Origin: Candidatus Uhrbacteria bacterium
Lineage (GTDB): Bacteria; Patescibacteriota; Patescibacteriia; JACPHY01
Direction of reading: 5' to 3'
Length of the DNA: 64,000 nt
NCBI GenBank assembly: GCA_016188355.1
Contig: JACPHY010000001.1
Coordinates: 111,505 to 175,504, forward strand
Below, in pieces: positions 10,346 through 20,629 of the stretch (the stretch's first letter is position 1; each line of letters begins with the position of its first letter). Below the pieces are notes generated by a model. It did no database searches and was not told the origin of the DNA. It was given only the letters and a program-made list of their open reading frames with translations. A program made the translations under genes and the position numbers.

Positions 10346-11478
10346 TCCGCACCGTAGCTCGTGCGACGCAGTGGTGGTACGAGCGGGCAGTGAAGCCAGT
10401 GCTCTTTCGGTGGGACCCCGAAACCGTGCATGATCATGCACTGCAGTTTGGCGCGTGGATTGGTGCGCATCCTCGGTTACGGGAGATGGTCGCCCACGGA
10501 TATGCATACCACCATCCTGCGCTGACGCAGGAGTTGGCGGGCATCACCTTTCCGGCACCGATTGGTCTCGCGGCAGGATTCGATAAGAATGCGCGACTCC
10601 TGGAGATCCTTCCGGCAGTGGGATTTGGTTTTGCGGAGATTGGTTCGGTGACGGCGGTGCCGTGTGCGGGGAATCCGAAACCGCGGCTCTGGCGTTTGCC
10701 GGAGAGTGGCGCGTTGCAGGTATATTACGGGCTCGCGAATGATGGCGCCGCGATCATCGCGGAGCGATTACGACGGCGAGCGCTGTGCATCCCCATTGGC
10801 GTGAGCGTTGCGAAGACGAATGCGCCGAGTACGGCGGCCCGTGCCGCGGGAATCGCGGATATGGTCGCGGGTATGCGCGCCGTCCAGGGTGTCGGATCGT
10901 ATTGCACGCTCAATGTGAGCTGCCCGAACGCGTTTGGCGGTACGCCATTCTCCGACGACTCCGATGCGCTCGACGAGTTGCTCCAGGAAACAGATGCACT
11001 GCGGAGTGCGGTGCCCGTGTTCCTGAAGTTGCCGTGTGATAGTACTGCGGAGGAGTTTGACGCGCTGTTGGCGGTTGCGGATCGGCATGCAGTTGCCGGA
11101 GTCATTATCAGCAATCTGACGAAGGATCCACAGTATCCAGGAATTGCCGTTGCGGATCGGGCGCGTTTGCAGCGCGGGGGGATCAGCGGGAAACCAGTGG
11201 CGCAGCGCGCGAATGCGCACATTGCACGGACGTATGCGCGATATCGCGATCGTTTCGTGATCGTGGGATGTGGCGGAGTGTTCACGGTGGATGATGCGTA
11301 CGAGAAAATACGGTGCGGTGCATCACTGGTGCAGCTCATCACGGGTATGATCTATCAGGGGCCTTCGCTCATCGGGCAACTGCATCGGGGACTCGTTGAG
11401 CGATTGCATCGTGAGGGATTTGCTTCCATACGCGATGCGGTAGGCAGTGGTGTTGCCGGAATTCATTCTTCATCATGA
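10342..11478 (+). CDS. pyrD: Dihydroorotate dehydrogenase (quinone), class 2
   Basis: GLAAGFDKN, IGSVT, NVSCPN and GGISG motifs. The start ATG overlaps the gpsA stop (ATGA). Confidence 0.9.
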   Translation: MIRTVARATQWWYERAVKPVLFRWDPETVHDHALQFGAWIGAHPRLREMVAHGYAYHHPALTQELAGITFPAPIGLAAGFDKNARLLEILPAVGFGFAEIGSVTAVPCAGNPKPRLWRLPESGALQVYYGLANDGAAIIAERLRRRALCIPIGVSVAKTNAPSTAARAAGIADMVAGMRAVQGVGSYCTLNVSCPNAFGGTPFSDDSDALDELLQETDALRSAVPVFLKLPCDSTAEEFDALLAVADRHAVAGVIISNLTKDPQYPGIAVADRARLQRGGISGKPVAQRANAHIARTYARYRDRFVIVGCGGVFTVDDAYEKIRCGASLVQLITGMIYQGPSLIGQLHRGLVERLHREGFASIRDAVGSGVAGIHSSS

Positions 11479-11488
11479 GGTATTGTGT

Positions 11489-11965
11489 ATGCCGCGAAGC
11501 ACACGATGGTTGGTGGTACTCCTTCGGGTGGCAATGGGGTGGATGTTGCTCTATGCGGGGATAACCAAAGTACTGGATCCGGCATGGACCGCAGCAGGAT
11601 ACTTGCGTAATGCGCACACTTTTTCGGCGTTCTATCAATGGTTTGCGCAACCGGGCAACATCGAATGGGTGAATGCGCTGAATGCATGGGGATTGACGCT
11701 CATCGGCATCGCGCTCTTCGTGGGGTTGGGCGTTCGTGTTGCTGCGCCTCTTGGCGCGGCGCTCATGTTGCTCTATTATTTCCCTGTATTGCAATTTCCC
11801 CATCCGAACGCGCACAGCTACCTCGTGGATGAGCACATCGTGTACGCATTGGCGCTCCTCGTGCTCGCGGCCATGGGTGCAGGACGGATGATGGGACTGG
11901 ATGCGTGGTGCGCACGACTGCCCCTGTGTCGCCGCTATCCGCGACTTCGATCAATCTTCGGATAA
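11489..11965 (+). CDS. DoxX-family membrane protein
   Basis: Four-TM small protein (WLVVLLRVAMGWMLLYAGITKVLDP...). An internal Met was chosen after the pyrD stop. Confidence 0.6.
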   Translation: MPRSTRWLVVLLRVAMGWMLLYAGITKVLDPAWTAAGYLRNAHTFSAFYQWFAQPGNIEWVNALNAWGLTLIGIALFVGLGVRVAAPLGAALMLLYYFPVLQFPHPNAHSYLVDEHIVYALALLVLAAMGAGRMMGLDAWCARLPLCRRYPRLRSIFG

Positions 11966-11976
11966 CATCTTGGCGT

Positions 11977-12357
11977 ATGCGAACATGGACCGGCGTGGGA
12001 ATCGTGGCGGGTATCATGTTATTGGGAGGTGCTGTGGTGTATTACCAGTTTCGAGCGCCCGCCCCCTTGGATGCATTTGCGTCCTGCCTCAAAGAAAAGG
12101 GCGCGGTGATGTACGGGACATCGTGGTGTCCGCATTGTACGCGTCAGAAGCAAATGTTCGGACGTTCGTTCCGGCGCGCGGCGTACGTGGAGTGCTCGAT
12201 GCCGGGGAATCCGAATGCGCAGGCTCCGGTGTGTCAGGAGCAGAAGATCACGGGATATCCCACATGGATTTTTGCGGATGCGTCGCGCGTCTCCGGCGTA
12301 CAGGAGCTTACCGCACTCGCGGAGAAGACGGGCTGTGCGCTGCCGGTACGTAAATGA
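11977..12357 (+). CDS. Membrane-anchored thioredoxin-fold protein (DsbA/thioredoxin-like partner of VKOR)
   Basis: WCPHC active site, one N-terminal TM helix, immediately upstream of a VKOR homolog. Confidence 0.65.
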   Translation: MRTWTGVGIVAGIMLLGGAVVYYQFRAPAPLDAFASCLKEKGAVMYGTSWCPHCTRQKQMFGRSFRRAAYVECSMPGNPNAQAPVCQEQKITGYPTWIFADASRVSGVQELTALAEKTGCALPVRK

Positions 12358-12446
12358 GCAACCCTGTTTTTCTGTATGCGCACCGTCCGTGTGGGGCGGC
12401 GCGCGTGCGGGAGAGGGATCGAGGGACAGGGTGATGGTGTGTTCCT

Positions 12447-12893
12447 ATGCGTCGTTTATTGTTCGCGGTCGCGGTATTCGCATTGGCGGGCACGTTGGTT
12501 TCCGGGTATGCGCTGCGACAGCATTATGCACCAGCGGGGAGTTCGTTTTGCAATGTCACCACCACGTTCTCCTGTGATCTCGTGAATCAGAGTACGTACT
12601 CGGAAATCATGGGAATTCCGGTCGCCGCGATTGGTGTGGTGGGATATGTTGCAATGTTGGTGCTCGCGATGATCGCGCGGGGGAATGCGCGACGCGCGGC
12701 GTGGTGCATCCCCTGGTTGCGTGCGGGTGCGATCGGGGGGATCGTGTTTTCGTTGATTCTCACCGGTATTGAGTTGTTCATCATCGGCGCAATTTGTGTG
12801 CTATGCGTTGCGTCGCAAGTATTGATGTTCGCGATTGGGGGATGCGTGGCCATGCTTCCGCGGTCTTCTCGGTCTCCTGGCCCTGAATCGTAA
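12447..12893 (+). CDS. Vitamin K epoxide reductase (VKOR) family protein
   Basis: Loop Cys pair (FCNVTTTFSCDLV) plus the TM CxxC active site (CVLC), 4-5 TM helices. Confidence 0.75.
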   Translation: MRRLLFAVAVFALAGTLVSGYALRQHYAPAGSSFCNVTTTFSCDLVNQSTYSEIMGIPVAAIGVVGYVAMLVLAMIARGNARRAAWCIPWLRAGAIGGIVFSLILTGIELFIIGAICVLCVASQVLMFAIGGCVAMLPRSSRSPGPES

Positions 12894-13267
12894 TTGCTGC
12901 CCTCTGTTCCTCGTGTGCGGGTTCGGCGCGCGTCAGGAGGATCGGACAGCGTGGATACGTGTCGATAGACAATCAAATATACGCGGCATACGGGAGCCAA
13001 TGCGTAGGCGATTGTTCATGGAGCAGCATGGAGCGAAAGCTGAACAGGATTGACGTCGCTCGAGACGGTTGCGTACGCTGCTCCTAACGCAGAACGAATC
13101 CCTCCGCGACAAACGAACCACGCGCACGGCGCGTGGTTCGCGTATGGGGGATCGTGCCTGCCGCCGTTCCCATGGAGGGCCGGTGCACATCACATTTCAT
13201 GCCCAGCGTATCGACATCGTCCCTCGGAGTGCAACATCCCAAAGGAGTGCTGCTGCCGTTCCGCATC

Positions 13268-14599
13268 ATGCGTCGTGCGCTGCGTGGCGGATTTCGGTGG
13301 TTACCGTGGAGCGCGTTCGTTGGTATCGCGGTGATTGGCGGCATGCTTGCGGTGCGTGCCCGCCTACAGGCGGCGCGCCCTCGCGCGCAGATGCGCGTCC
13401 TCGCTCCGCCTGCGGTACCGATCGTTTCGTCGGCCGCTCTCGAGCAGCCGGTATCAGTTGCCACTGTTGCTGCTGCGCTGCGTCGTGGAGCGTTGGCCGG
13501 GACATTGCCGATCGCGGACGTGACGCTCGATGCGTCGGCATCAGATTGGGGGGCAGTGGTCTTGCTTCCGCAGTTGCATCGATATCCGGGGAGCGTCTCG
13601 GCCGATGCGGTGAATGATCGGGCAGTGCGTGCGCAGCGGCAGACATATGACATTCTCCGTGGTCTCCTGCGACAGTGGCCGATTGAGTTGATGATGGTCG
13701 AAGGGGAATTGGCGGGACCGGTATCGAGAGAAAAACGGGATCGTACGGCACAGCGCATCGCCGCGCGTGCGGAGATGGTGCGTGTGCAAGACGCGTTGCG
13801 TATCGTCATCACGCAGACGGAGGACGAGGAAGCGCGATCGCGATTGGAACAATTTGCGCGTACGATTCCTGCGGCACTGGTGCGCGCGGATCGTGCTATT
13901 GCGTTGGATGGTGCGCCCTATCAATTGTGGGCGGAGGGGCAGTCGCTCACGATGGTTGGTGCGGAACGCGCGGCCACGCGCGCAACGAGTGCAGATCTCG
14001 TGCGGACGCAAGTCTACCTCCAGGACCGTCTGGCGGCGTTGACGGGATCCGATCGTATCGTTCCGACTACTCCAATGACGACCCTCCTTGCGGATACATC
14101 CGCACGGACGAATCTCCTGCGCGCGTACCTCCAGGCGCGTACGCAGCGTGCGCCAGGGTCAGGAAAAGCAGGGTCGATATCGGCTTCGAGTATGCGCGAT
14201 CCGGCGCTCGCTCCGTATGCGCAACAGCTGCAGCGTGCATTGGTGATGCTTGAGGATGCGGAATCCGCGTCTTCGGATGGTCAGGTCCGCGCGCCGTCGC
14301 GTGCAGCGAATCCGTATCTGCGCATTCAGGATCCCCGGACGATTCGTCGGATGCTTGAAGAAAACGAATCCGCAATAACGCAGACGGTGCTCGAGCAGCG
14401 GAATGGCGAAACGGCGGAATATATGGCACAAGCGCTTCGCGTACAGGGCGGTGGCGTGGGCATGTTGCAGTATGGTGCTGCACATGCGCCCGGGTTGGCG
14501 CGCGCGTTGCGGGCGCAGGGATTAACGGTGCTGACGGTGACGCCGGACGAGGTGGCGCAACGTATGCAGGAGCCCGATGCATCCACACGCCGTCCATGA
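13268..14599 (+). CDS. Hypothetical membrane-anchored protein
   Basis: Long ORF with an N-terminal TM helix (LPWSAFVGIAVIGGMLAV). No recognisable domain. Confidence 0.45.
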   Translation: MRRALRGGFRWLPWSAFVGIAVIGGMLAVRARLQAARPRAQMRVLAPPAVPIVSSAALEQPVSVATVAAALRRGALAGTLPIADVTLDASASDWGAVVLLPQLHRYPGSVSADAVNDRAVRAQRQTYDILRGLLRQWPIELMMVEGELAGPVSREKRDRTAQRIAARAEMVRVQDALRIVITQTEDEEARSRLEQFARTIPAALVRADRAIALDGAPYQLWAEGQSLTMVGAERAATRATSADLVRTQVYLQDRLAALTGSDRIVPTTPMTTLLADTSARTNLLRAYLQARTQRAPGSGKAGSISASSMRDPALAPYAQQLQRALVMLEDAESASSDGQVRAPSRAANPYLRIQDPRTIRRMLEENESAITQTVLEQRNGETAEYMAQALRVQGGGVGMLQYGAAHAPGLARALRAQGLTVLTVTPDEVAQRMQEPDASTRRP

Positions 14600-14697
14600 G
14601 GGTTGGTGCGTGATGGTGATCGCATCCGGCATCGACCCCTCCCGATCGGGAAGGGTCGATGCGAAATGGGATGAATCGCGCGGCGTCGCATGGGACA

Positions 14698-15396
14698 TTA
14701 CCTGCGATCACCGAAGAGCGCATCGAGAATGAGGAGTTCGCCCAATCGGGAACTGCCCGATGTTTGATCACCATTCAGGATGGAGTCGTCGGAATTACCG
14801 AACAGCGATTCGAGGACCAGGAGTTCCCCCAACGATGATCCTCCAAGGCCGTTGCCGAAGAGATCTGTGCCATTTCCAAAGAGTGATTCCAGGACCATGA
14901 GTTCTCCCAGTTGCGATCGGCCGTTTCGGTTGCTGCCGTTGGAGATGCGGTCCAGGGTAAGGAGATCCTGGAGATTGGAAGATCCGGTCATGGTGCCGTT
15001 CGTATCAGAGAATAGCCCCTCGAGGATGATGAGTTCTCCCAATGAAGATCCACCGAGATCCCCATTCCCGAACAGTGATTCCAGGATGAGGAGACGGCTG
15101 AGATCGCTGCCCGTTCGGGTGGGTGCAGTGGTTGTATTTTGGCGTTGATTCGGCGTGGAGTTCTCGGATGAGGGGCTGGTGGTGTCGATTTCCCAATTTT
15201 GATCGGAATTCGGATCGTTGGTGTTCGGATTTTCGGTTTCTTCCCAGGTTGCTGCAGTGGCGGTCGCCGTGTTACGAATCGCGCCCCACATGGTACCGAG
15301 GGCGAGGACGAGCGTGAGCGCGATGGTCACAATGCGTTTTCCGGGAGCGGTGAGTGCAATCATACGCAATACACAGTAGTGTCGGATGGTGAGCAT
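14698..15396 (-). CDS. Secreted repeat protein with 6-7 copies of an (S/N)xLGEL(I/L)(I/V)LExLFGNG repeat
   Basis: Signal-peptide-like N-terminus, with repeats SSLGELIILEGLF, SQLGELMVLESLFGNG, SSLGELLVLESLFGN, SRLGELLILDALFG and others. The likely true start is the internal Met at 15363. Confidence 0.6.
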   Translation of the reverse strand: MLTIRHYCVLRMIALTAPGKRIVTIALTLVLALGTMWGAIRNTATATAATWEETENPNTNDPNSDQNWEIDTTSPSSENSTPNQRQNTTTAPTRTGSDLSRLLILESLFGNGDLGGSSLGELIILEGLFSDTNGTMTGSSNLQDLLTLDRISNGSNRNGRSQLGELMVLESLFGNGTDLFGNGLGGSSLGELLVLESLFGNSDDSILNGDQTSGSSRLGELLILDALFGDRR

Positions 15397-15561
15397 TCGT
15401 CAGTGGGTGGACGAGTTCGACCTTTAGGTGCGTGGCAGCGTGTGCGATCACAGATCGCGAGTGTGCACGCATGGAGCTTATACGCGGGATGCAGAGACGG
15501 TGTTTCATTACGACACACCTACCCCGCAATTTGGGGTAGGTGTGTTCGATGCAGGCACTGC

Positions 15562-15918
15562 TTATGGCGTCGCTACGGATATGACACGCAGATGTGTGTC
15601 ACCGCGATGGGTGTACATCGCATGATGCCGATGGCTGTTCCAGATGCGGCATAAGACGATCCCCAGCACCGCTGCCCCCACTTCTCTCCATGCCGATGCG
15701 GGAAACGCGGATGCCGATGATTCGGTGGCGATGCGATACATGGCGCTCGTCACGCGGAGAGCCACCACAAGCGCGGCTGCGATTTGGAGTACCGTGATCG
15801 CTCGGGCACGACGACGTTCGGCATACACACGAGACATGGTTTGTGTGTGGAGCAGGGGAGGGAACTCGGGCTCGGTGATCACGGGAGGCGTGTCCGTAAG
15901 GAGCGGAGTTTCGTGCAT
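15562..15918 (-). CDS. Putative anti-sigma factor (membrane protein downstream of the ECF sigma)
   Basis: Positional (immediately 3' of the ECF sigma gene) with a single TM helix (ITVLQIAAALVVALRV). An internal start was chosen to avoid a 35-nt overlap. Confidence 0.4.
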   Translation of the reverse strand: MHETPLLTDTPPVITEPEFPPLLHTQTMSRVYAERRRARAITVLQIAAALVVALRVTSAMYRIATESSASAFPASAWREVGAAVLGIVLCRIWNSHRHHAMYTHRGDTHLRVISVATP

Positions 15919-15937
15919 ACGATGGGCAATAGAGGTG

Positions 15938-16501
15938 CTATGGGCTATCGACGTGGTGATTGCGAATGGCAATTTTTGCGCGTCGTACGAATGTTTTCAC
16001 GGTATTCGTGGGCACAGAAATGATACCCGCGATTTCGTCGTATGTATATCCCTGCCAGTAGTGGAGGAGGAGCACCTCGCGATAGATGGGTCGCAAACCA
16101 GCGAGGGCGCGCTCGATATCGAGTTGTGCAGCGAGTTGCAGCGGCGATCGGAAGGCATCGGCATGGGTGTCGGGAGGGTCCTCATTGCTGTCGGGATCAT
16201 CGAACGCTAAATACACGCGGTGGCGAGCGGATTTTCGAAACCAGTCGTAGACTACGTGCCTGGCGATCGTGAACATCCACGCGCCAAATGGACGTCCTGG
16301 TTCGTATGTGTGGATGTGCTGATAGAGTTTCAGGAATGTTTCCTGTGTGAGCTCCGCGGCATCATCGCGATTATTCACCATGCGAATAATGAATCCGTAG
16401 ATGCGATGTTCATAATGCGACACGATATGCGTAAACGCATGCATATCTCCGCGTTTTGCGGCGATGAGGATTTCTGTGGGAGGGGGAGGGAGTGGTGCCA
16501 T
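15938..16501 (-). CDS. ECF-family RNA polymerase sigma-70 factor
   Basis: Region 2 (ELTQETFLKLYQHIHTYEPGRPFGAWMFTIARHVVYDWFR) and region 4 HTH (LLLHYWQGYTYDEIAGIISVPTNTVKTFVRRA). Confidence 0.85.
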   Translation of the reverse strand: MAPLPPPPTEILIAAKRGDMHAFTHIVSHYEHRIYGFIIRMVNNRDDAAELTQETFLKLYQHIHTYEPGRPFGAWMFTIARHVVYDWFRKSARHRVYLAFDDPDSNEDPPDTHADAFRSPLQLAAQLDIERALAGLRPIYREVLLLHYWQGYTYDEIAGIISVPTNTVKTFVRRAKIAIRNHHVDSP

Positions 16502-16908
16502 AGCGGCGTCGCGTGCGAGCGCCGGCCGTAGATGCCACAGAGTGGTGCGTCACATGAATTGTCGGTGGGTTGGGGCAGTCCTGCGGTGCGTTCGTGATGC
16601 GTGGCGAGATGTTCCGCAATGCAGACTCAGAGCGTTGCGTGGCATTCTGAAACCGTGACCGGATGCCGCGCGTATGACCTTCTGAGACTCGTCGAGGATA
16701 GCACAAGGCGAGTACTCGGTAAAGGTCGACGCGTACGGCATGAGTGACGCAGGCGCCGTGCTTCCGGAGTATGTGCGCATGATTCGTCGATGCATGGATC
16801 GCGAGTGAAGCACGCATATGGCGGAGCGCATGCACGCACTGCTTTTGTGATATGGCATTCGTCACTTCCGAACGATACCCCGCAACGACGGGATGGCATT
16901 GGGTTGCC

Positions 16909-17454
16909 ATGAGTACGGGTGTACTCCTCGCGGTATTGGCAGTTACGGTATTCCGCGTGCCGCAGGCCGCAGCAGCGCAGACCGTGGACGGAGGAGTGGG
17001 AAATGGCATGCTCGGTACTTCGAATCTCGGAGAGCTGATCGTGCTGGATGGTTTATTCAATGGAGGAGGCGATGGGATTTTGGGAGGCGGCAATGGGAGG
17101 TCGCGACTGGGAGAGCTGATTGTTCTGGGCGGACTCTTTGATGGCGGTGGTCGCGCCGTTATCGTGGAATCCGGAGATACGCTGTCCGGTATTGCGCAGC
17201 GATTCTTGGGTACTGCGTCTCGGTTCCCGGAGATTGCTGCGCTCAATGGTATCGCAAATCCCAACCTCATCTTCCCGGGCCAGCGGTTGCAGCTTCCGGC
17301 GAATGGTGGGGTGGTGGGCACTTCCGGCGGACTCGGTGAGTTGCTGGTGCTCGACAGTCTGTTCGATGGCGGATCTGGGGGGAGGAACGGCACCTCAAAT
17401 CTCGGCGAGCTCATCATCCTGGATCGGCTGTTTGGCGGCGGAGGCATATTCTGA
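16909..17454 (+). CDS. Secreted LysM-domain protein carrying the same GEL(I/L)(V/I)L(D/G)xLF(D/N)GG repeat
   Basis: Signal peptide, repeats [49 protein letters not shown] and [16 protein letters not shown], plus an internal LysM ([16 protein letters not shown]...[14 protein letters not shown]). Confidence 0.65.
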   Translation: MSTGVLLAVLAVTVFRVPQAAAAQTVDGGVGNGMLGTSNLGELIVLDGLFNGGGDGILGGGNGRSRLGELIVLGGLFDGGGRAVIVESGDTLSGIAQRFLGTASRFPEIAALNGIANPNLIFPGQRLQLPANGGVVGTSGGLGELLVLDSLFDGGSGGRNGTSNLGELIILDRLFGGGGIF

Positions 17455-17575
17455 GAGGCAGACTCCATGCGTCTCTCTTGAGGATACATGTCGCACAGAG
17501 CGTCTCGCGGTATGCATCGCGGGACGTTCTGTTGCGTGATTAAGATGGGAATTTCGATTACCATGGAAGTGATGT

Positions 17576-17809
17576 ATGATGCTCTCACCGAATTACTGGG
17601 AATACGGCGGCTGGTGGATTGGTATCGGTATGGTGCTTTGGTGGGTACTTCTGGTACTGGTCATTGTGGCATTGGTCCGTTGGATGGTTGGTGACTGGGA
17701 TCGACGACATCGGGGGAAGTCGGCGCGGGATATTCTTGAGGAGCGTTATGTGCGGGGAGAAATTTCGAAAGCGGAGTTCGAAGAAAAGCGTCACGATCTT
17801 GGAGCGTGA
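17576..17809 (+). CDS. SHOCT-domain small membrane protein
   Basis: TM helix followed by the C-terminal ARDILEERYVRGEISKAEFEEKRHDL SHOCT signature. Confidence 0.6.
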   Translation: MMLSPNYWEYGGWWIGIGMVLWWVLLVLVIVALVRWMVGDWDRRHRGKSARDILEERYVRGEISKAEFEEKRHDLGA

Positions 17810-18252
17810 TTGGGAAGGTGGCCGTGTACCGCGCACCACGACATGCTATCATGGCGCATGATATGCGCCGTAGCGTATTTCGTGGTCTTACGACAGCGAT
17901 ACTCGCCATCCTGTTCCTGGTGCTCATGTTGCATGTGGGCGGCATGGGCTTGTTGCCGTCCGCTGCGGCGTGTCACGCCATGAGCAGTACGTCGTCCTGG
18001 TGCATCGTGACGGAAATGCTCGCGCAATCGTTGGTGTCGACCATCGCGTCCCTGGTGGCTGCTTTGGTGGTGGTTGGTGGGGTCAGTGGGGCAGCGGTCG
18101 TGGGTGACGGACGTACGATGCGCATGCGCGCACCGCCGCTCGCGTCCGCATTAGTGGTGCCTACGCTTCGTGCGTTGTGGCGTGGGAGAGCGCGTTGTCG
18201 CGATGCGATGATTGGGTGGCGCTCGTTCCGCATGAACGAACGTCATGGGTAA
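17806..18252 (+). CDS. Hypothetical membrane protein (GTG start overlapping the SHOCT stop)
   Basis: ORF with 2-3 hydrophobic segments and Cys/His residues (AAACHAMSSTSSWC) upstream of the copper cluster. Weak. Confidence 0.3.
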   Translation: MIGKVAVYRAPRHAIMAHDMRRSVFRGLTTAILAILFLVLMLHVGGMGLLPSAAACHAMSSTSSWCIVTEMLAQSLVSTIASLVAALVVVGGVSGAAVVGDGRTMRMRAPPLASALVVPTLRALWRGRARCRDAMIGWRSFRMNERHG

Positions 18253-18352
18253 TGGATACGGGAGGAGGACGCTTCGTCGTTGCGGACGCATCAGGGGACC
18301 GTCCGTCTTTTATTTTATTCATGCATTGCGCTTCGGAATGGTGTTTTGACGT

Positions 18353-18559
18353 ATGCGTACGATCTACCAGGTTCAGGGCATTCACTGCGCGTCGTGTGTG
18401 GCGAAAATCGAAAAAGCGTTGCAGGGGGTGGCAGGTGTGACGAAGGTGTCGGTGAATTTCGCCACGGAGACCGCGACCGTCGATGGGGACGTATCACTGG
18501 AGGCACTTGCACCTGCGGTGGCGCGGGTGGGTGCGTACACATTGGAACCCATGGAGTGA
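18353..18559 (+). CDS. copZ: Heavy-metal-associated (HMA) domain copper chaperone
   Basis: 68 aa, with metal-binding GIHCASCV (a GMxCxxC variant) and a ferredoxin-like HMA pattern. Confidence 0.8.
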   Translation: MRTIYQVQGIHCASCVAKIEKALQGVAGVTKVSVNFATETATVDGDVSLEALAPAVARVGAYTLEPME

Positions 18560-18562
18560 CGC

Positions 18563-20629
18563 GTGCACCCCTCTATGTCGTCATCGATATCTACGACCCA
18601 TCACGATCATGGTGCGATGGTGCAGTCGCATCATGCCAATACTCGGAAAGCGGCCGAGCTGCAGAAGCTCCGGCAGAAACTCGTAGCCGGCTCCGTGCTC
18701 GCGGGCGTGGTGCTCATTGGTGCGTTCCCGCAGCCGTTGCGCGCGATGGGGCTGGACGGCATCGTGACGGTGTTGGCGCATCCATTCATGCTCTTCGCGC
18801 TCACCGTGCCGGTGCAGTTTTGGGCGGGATCACAGTTCTACCAAGGGCTGTGGCTTTTGTTCCGGTATCGCACCGCGGACATGAATACGCTCATCGCGAT
18901 AGGGACGCTCGCGGCATTCGGGTATTCGGTGGTCGCCACGTTCGCGCCACAACTCTTCACGCGTGGTGGACTGCAGCCCGATCTCTACTACGACACCGCG
19001 GCGGTCATCATTGTGCTCATTCTCCTTGGGCGCTATTTGGAGGCGCGTGCGAAGGCGGGCACGGGAGAGGCGATTCGGAAGCTTATGGGGCTTCAGGCGC
19101 GTACCGCGCGTGTGCTTCGGAACGGTGTCGCGCAGGATATCCCGATTGCGGACGTGTTGGTGGATGATCTCCTCGTCGTACGAACGGGCGAAAAAATTCC
19201 GGTGGATGGAGTCATCGTGGAAGGCTCCGGGAGCATTGATGAATCTATGGTGACAGGGGAGTCCATGCCGGTGGAAAAGGGGGTACATGCTGCGGTCGTG
19301 GGTGCGACCGTCAATCGGTCGGGACTCTTTACGATGCGCGCGACGAAGGTGGGGAGGGACACGGTGCTGCAGCAAATCATCCGCATGGTGCAGGAGGCGC
19401 AAGGATCGAAAGCACCTATTCAGCGGCTCGCCGATCGTGTTTCGAGTGTGTTCGTGCCGATTGTGTTCGCGGTCGCCATAATGACGTTTGGCGTGTGGTG
19501 GGCATTCGGTCCAGCTCCGGCACTCACCTACGCGCTCCTGAACACCGTTGCCGTGCTCATCATTGCGTGTCCGTGCGCGTTGGGATTGGCGACGCCCACT
19601 GCGGTCATGGTGGGTGTGGGGCGCGGTGCAGAGCGTGGCGTGCTCATTAAAGATGCGGAGGCACTGGAATTGCTCCAGAAGATCCAGATCATCGTACTCG
19701 ATAAGACGGGCACCCTGACGCAGGGTCGGCCGGTAGTGACCGATGTGCAGGGCGTACATGATGCGCAGCTGCCCGCGATTGCTGCGCTCGCGCAGCGCTC
19801 GACACACCCCCTCGCACAGGCGGTGGCCGCGCATGGTGCCCCGATTCCTACTGCTGCACCCGTGGTGCAGGAGTTCATGGAAATTGCCGGTAAGGGTATC
19901 CGGGGACGAGTGGATGCTCGCATGCTCCGTCTCGGGAATGCGGCGCTGTTCATGGCCGATGGGATTGCGGTGGGCGATTGGGAGGAGCGAGCGCGTGCAT
20001 TTGCCGAATACGGGAAAACGCCACTCTATGTCGGCGTGGACGATGGAGTCGTGGGGATTATTGCGGTCGCGGACACCTTGAAGCCGACCTCACGTGATGC
20101 CATTGTGGCATTACGAAAGTTGGGACTGTCCGTGATTATGGTTACCGGTGATCACGCGGTCACCGCGCAAGCGATTGCGCGCGAGCTCAGTATTGATCGG
20201 GTGCTCGCGGAAGTAAAACCCGAGGAGAAGGCGGCAAAGATAGCAGAGCTTAAAGCGACGGGCGCACGCGTGGCGATGGTGGGGGATGGCATCAATGATG
20301 CGCCGGCCCTCGCGGCCGCGGATGTCGGGATTGCCATGGGCACCGGGACCGACGTAGCGATGGAATCGGCGGGCATCACCCTCATGCGTGGTGACCTCAT
20401 GGCCATCGTGGAGGCCATTCAACTCTCCCGCGCCACGCTCCGGCATATTGTCCAAAATTTGTTCTGGGCGTTCGGGTATAATGTGATCCTCATCCCGGTG
20501 GCGGCGGGCGTACTCTTTCCGTTCACCGGTACGCTCCTCAATCCCATGCTCGCCGCTGGCGCCATGGCGTTCTCTTCGGTGTCCGTCGTGGTGAATTCGC
20601 TGCGATTGAAACGTGTTCGTCTGACTTGA
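18563..20629 (+). CDS. copA: Copper-translocating P1B-type ATPase. It has a His-rich N-terminus and no fused HMA domain.
   Basis: TGES, CPC (IACPCALG), [17 protein letters not shown] and HP motifs. 8 TM helices. Confidence 0.92.
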   Translation: MHPSMSSSISTTHHDHGAMVQSHHANTRKAAELQKLRQKLVAGSVLAGVVLIGAFPQPLRAMGLDGIVTVLAHPFMLFALTVPVQFWAGSQFYQGLWLLFRYRTADMNTLIAIGTLAAFGYSVVATFAPQLFTRGGLQPDLYYDTAAVIIVLILLGRYLEARAKAGTGEAIRKLMGLQARTARVLRNGVAQDIPIADVLVDDLLVVRTGEKIPVDGVIVEGSGSIDESMVTGESMPVEKGVHAAVVGATVNRSGLFTMRATKVGRDTVLQQIIRMVQEAQGSKAPIQRLADRVSSVFVPIVFAVAIMTFGVWWAFGPAPALTYALLNTVAVLIIACPCALGLATPTAVMVGVGRGAERGVLIKDAEALELLQKIQIIVLDKTGTLTQGRPVVTDVQGVHDAQLPAIAALAQRSTHPLAQAVAAHGAPIPTAAPVVQEFMEIAGKGIRGRVDARMLRLGNAALFMADGIAVGDWEERARAFAEYGKTPLYVGVDDGVVGIIAVADTLKPTSRDAIVALRKLGLSVIMVTGDHAVTAQAIARELSIDRVLAEVKPEEKAAKIAELKATGARVAMVGDGINDAPALAAADVGIAMGTGTDVAMESAGITLMRGDLMAIVEAIQLSRATLRHIVQNLFWAFGYNVILIPVAAGVLFPFTGTLLNPMLAAGAMAFSSVSVVVNSLRLKRVRLT

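Noticed and set aside
16410-17588. 392-aa ORF on the - strand
   Set aside because: It is antisense to the LysM/repeat protein and overlaps the ECF sigma gene. Its product is Pro/Ser/Arg-rich low complexity. The + strand ORF has a signal peptide and LysM, so it is the real gene.
18280-19167. 295-aa ORF on the + strand overlapping copZ and the copA 5' end in another frame
   Set aside because: It is out of frame with two genes bearing definitive HMA and P-type ATPase motifs. Its product is Gly/Arg-rich with no motif.
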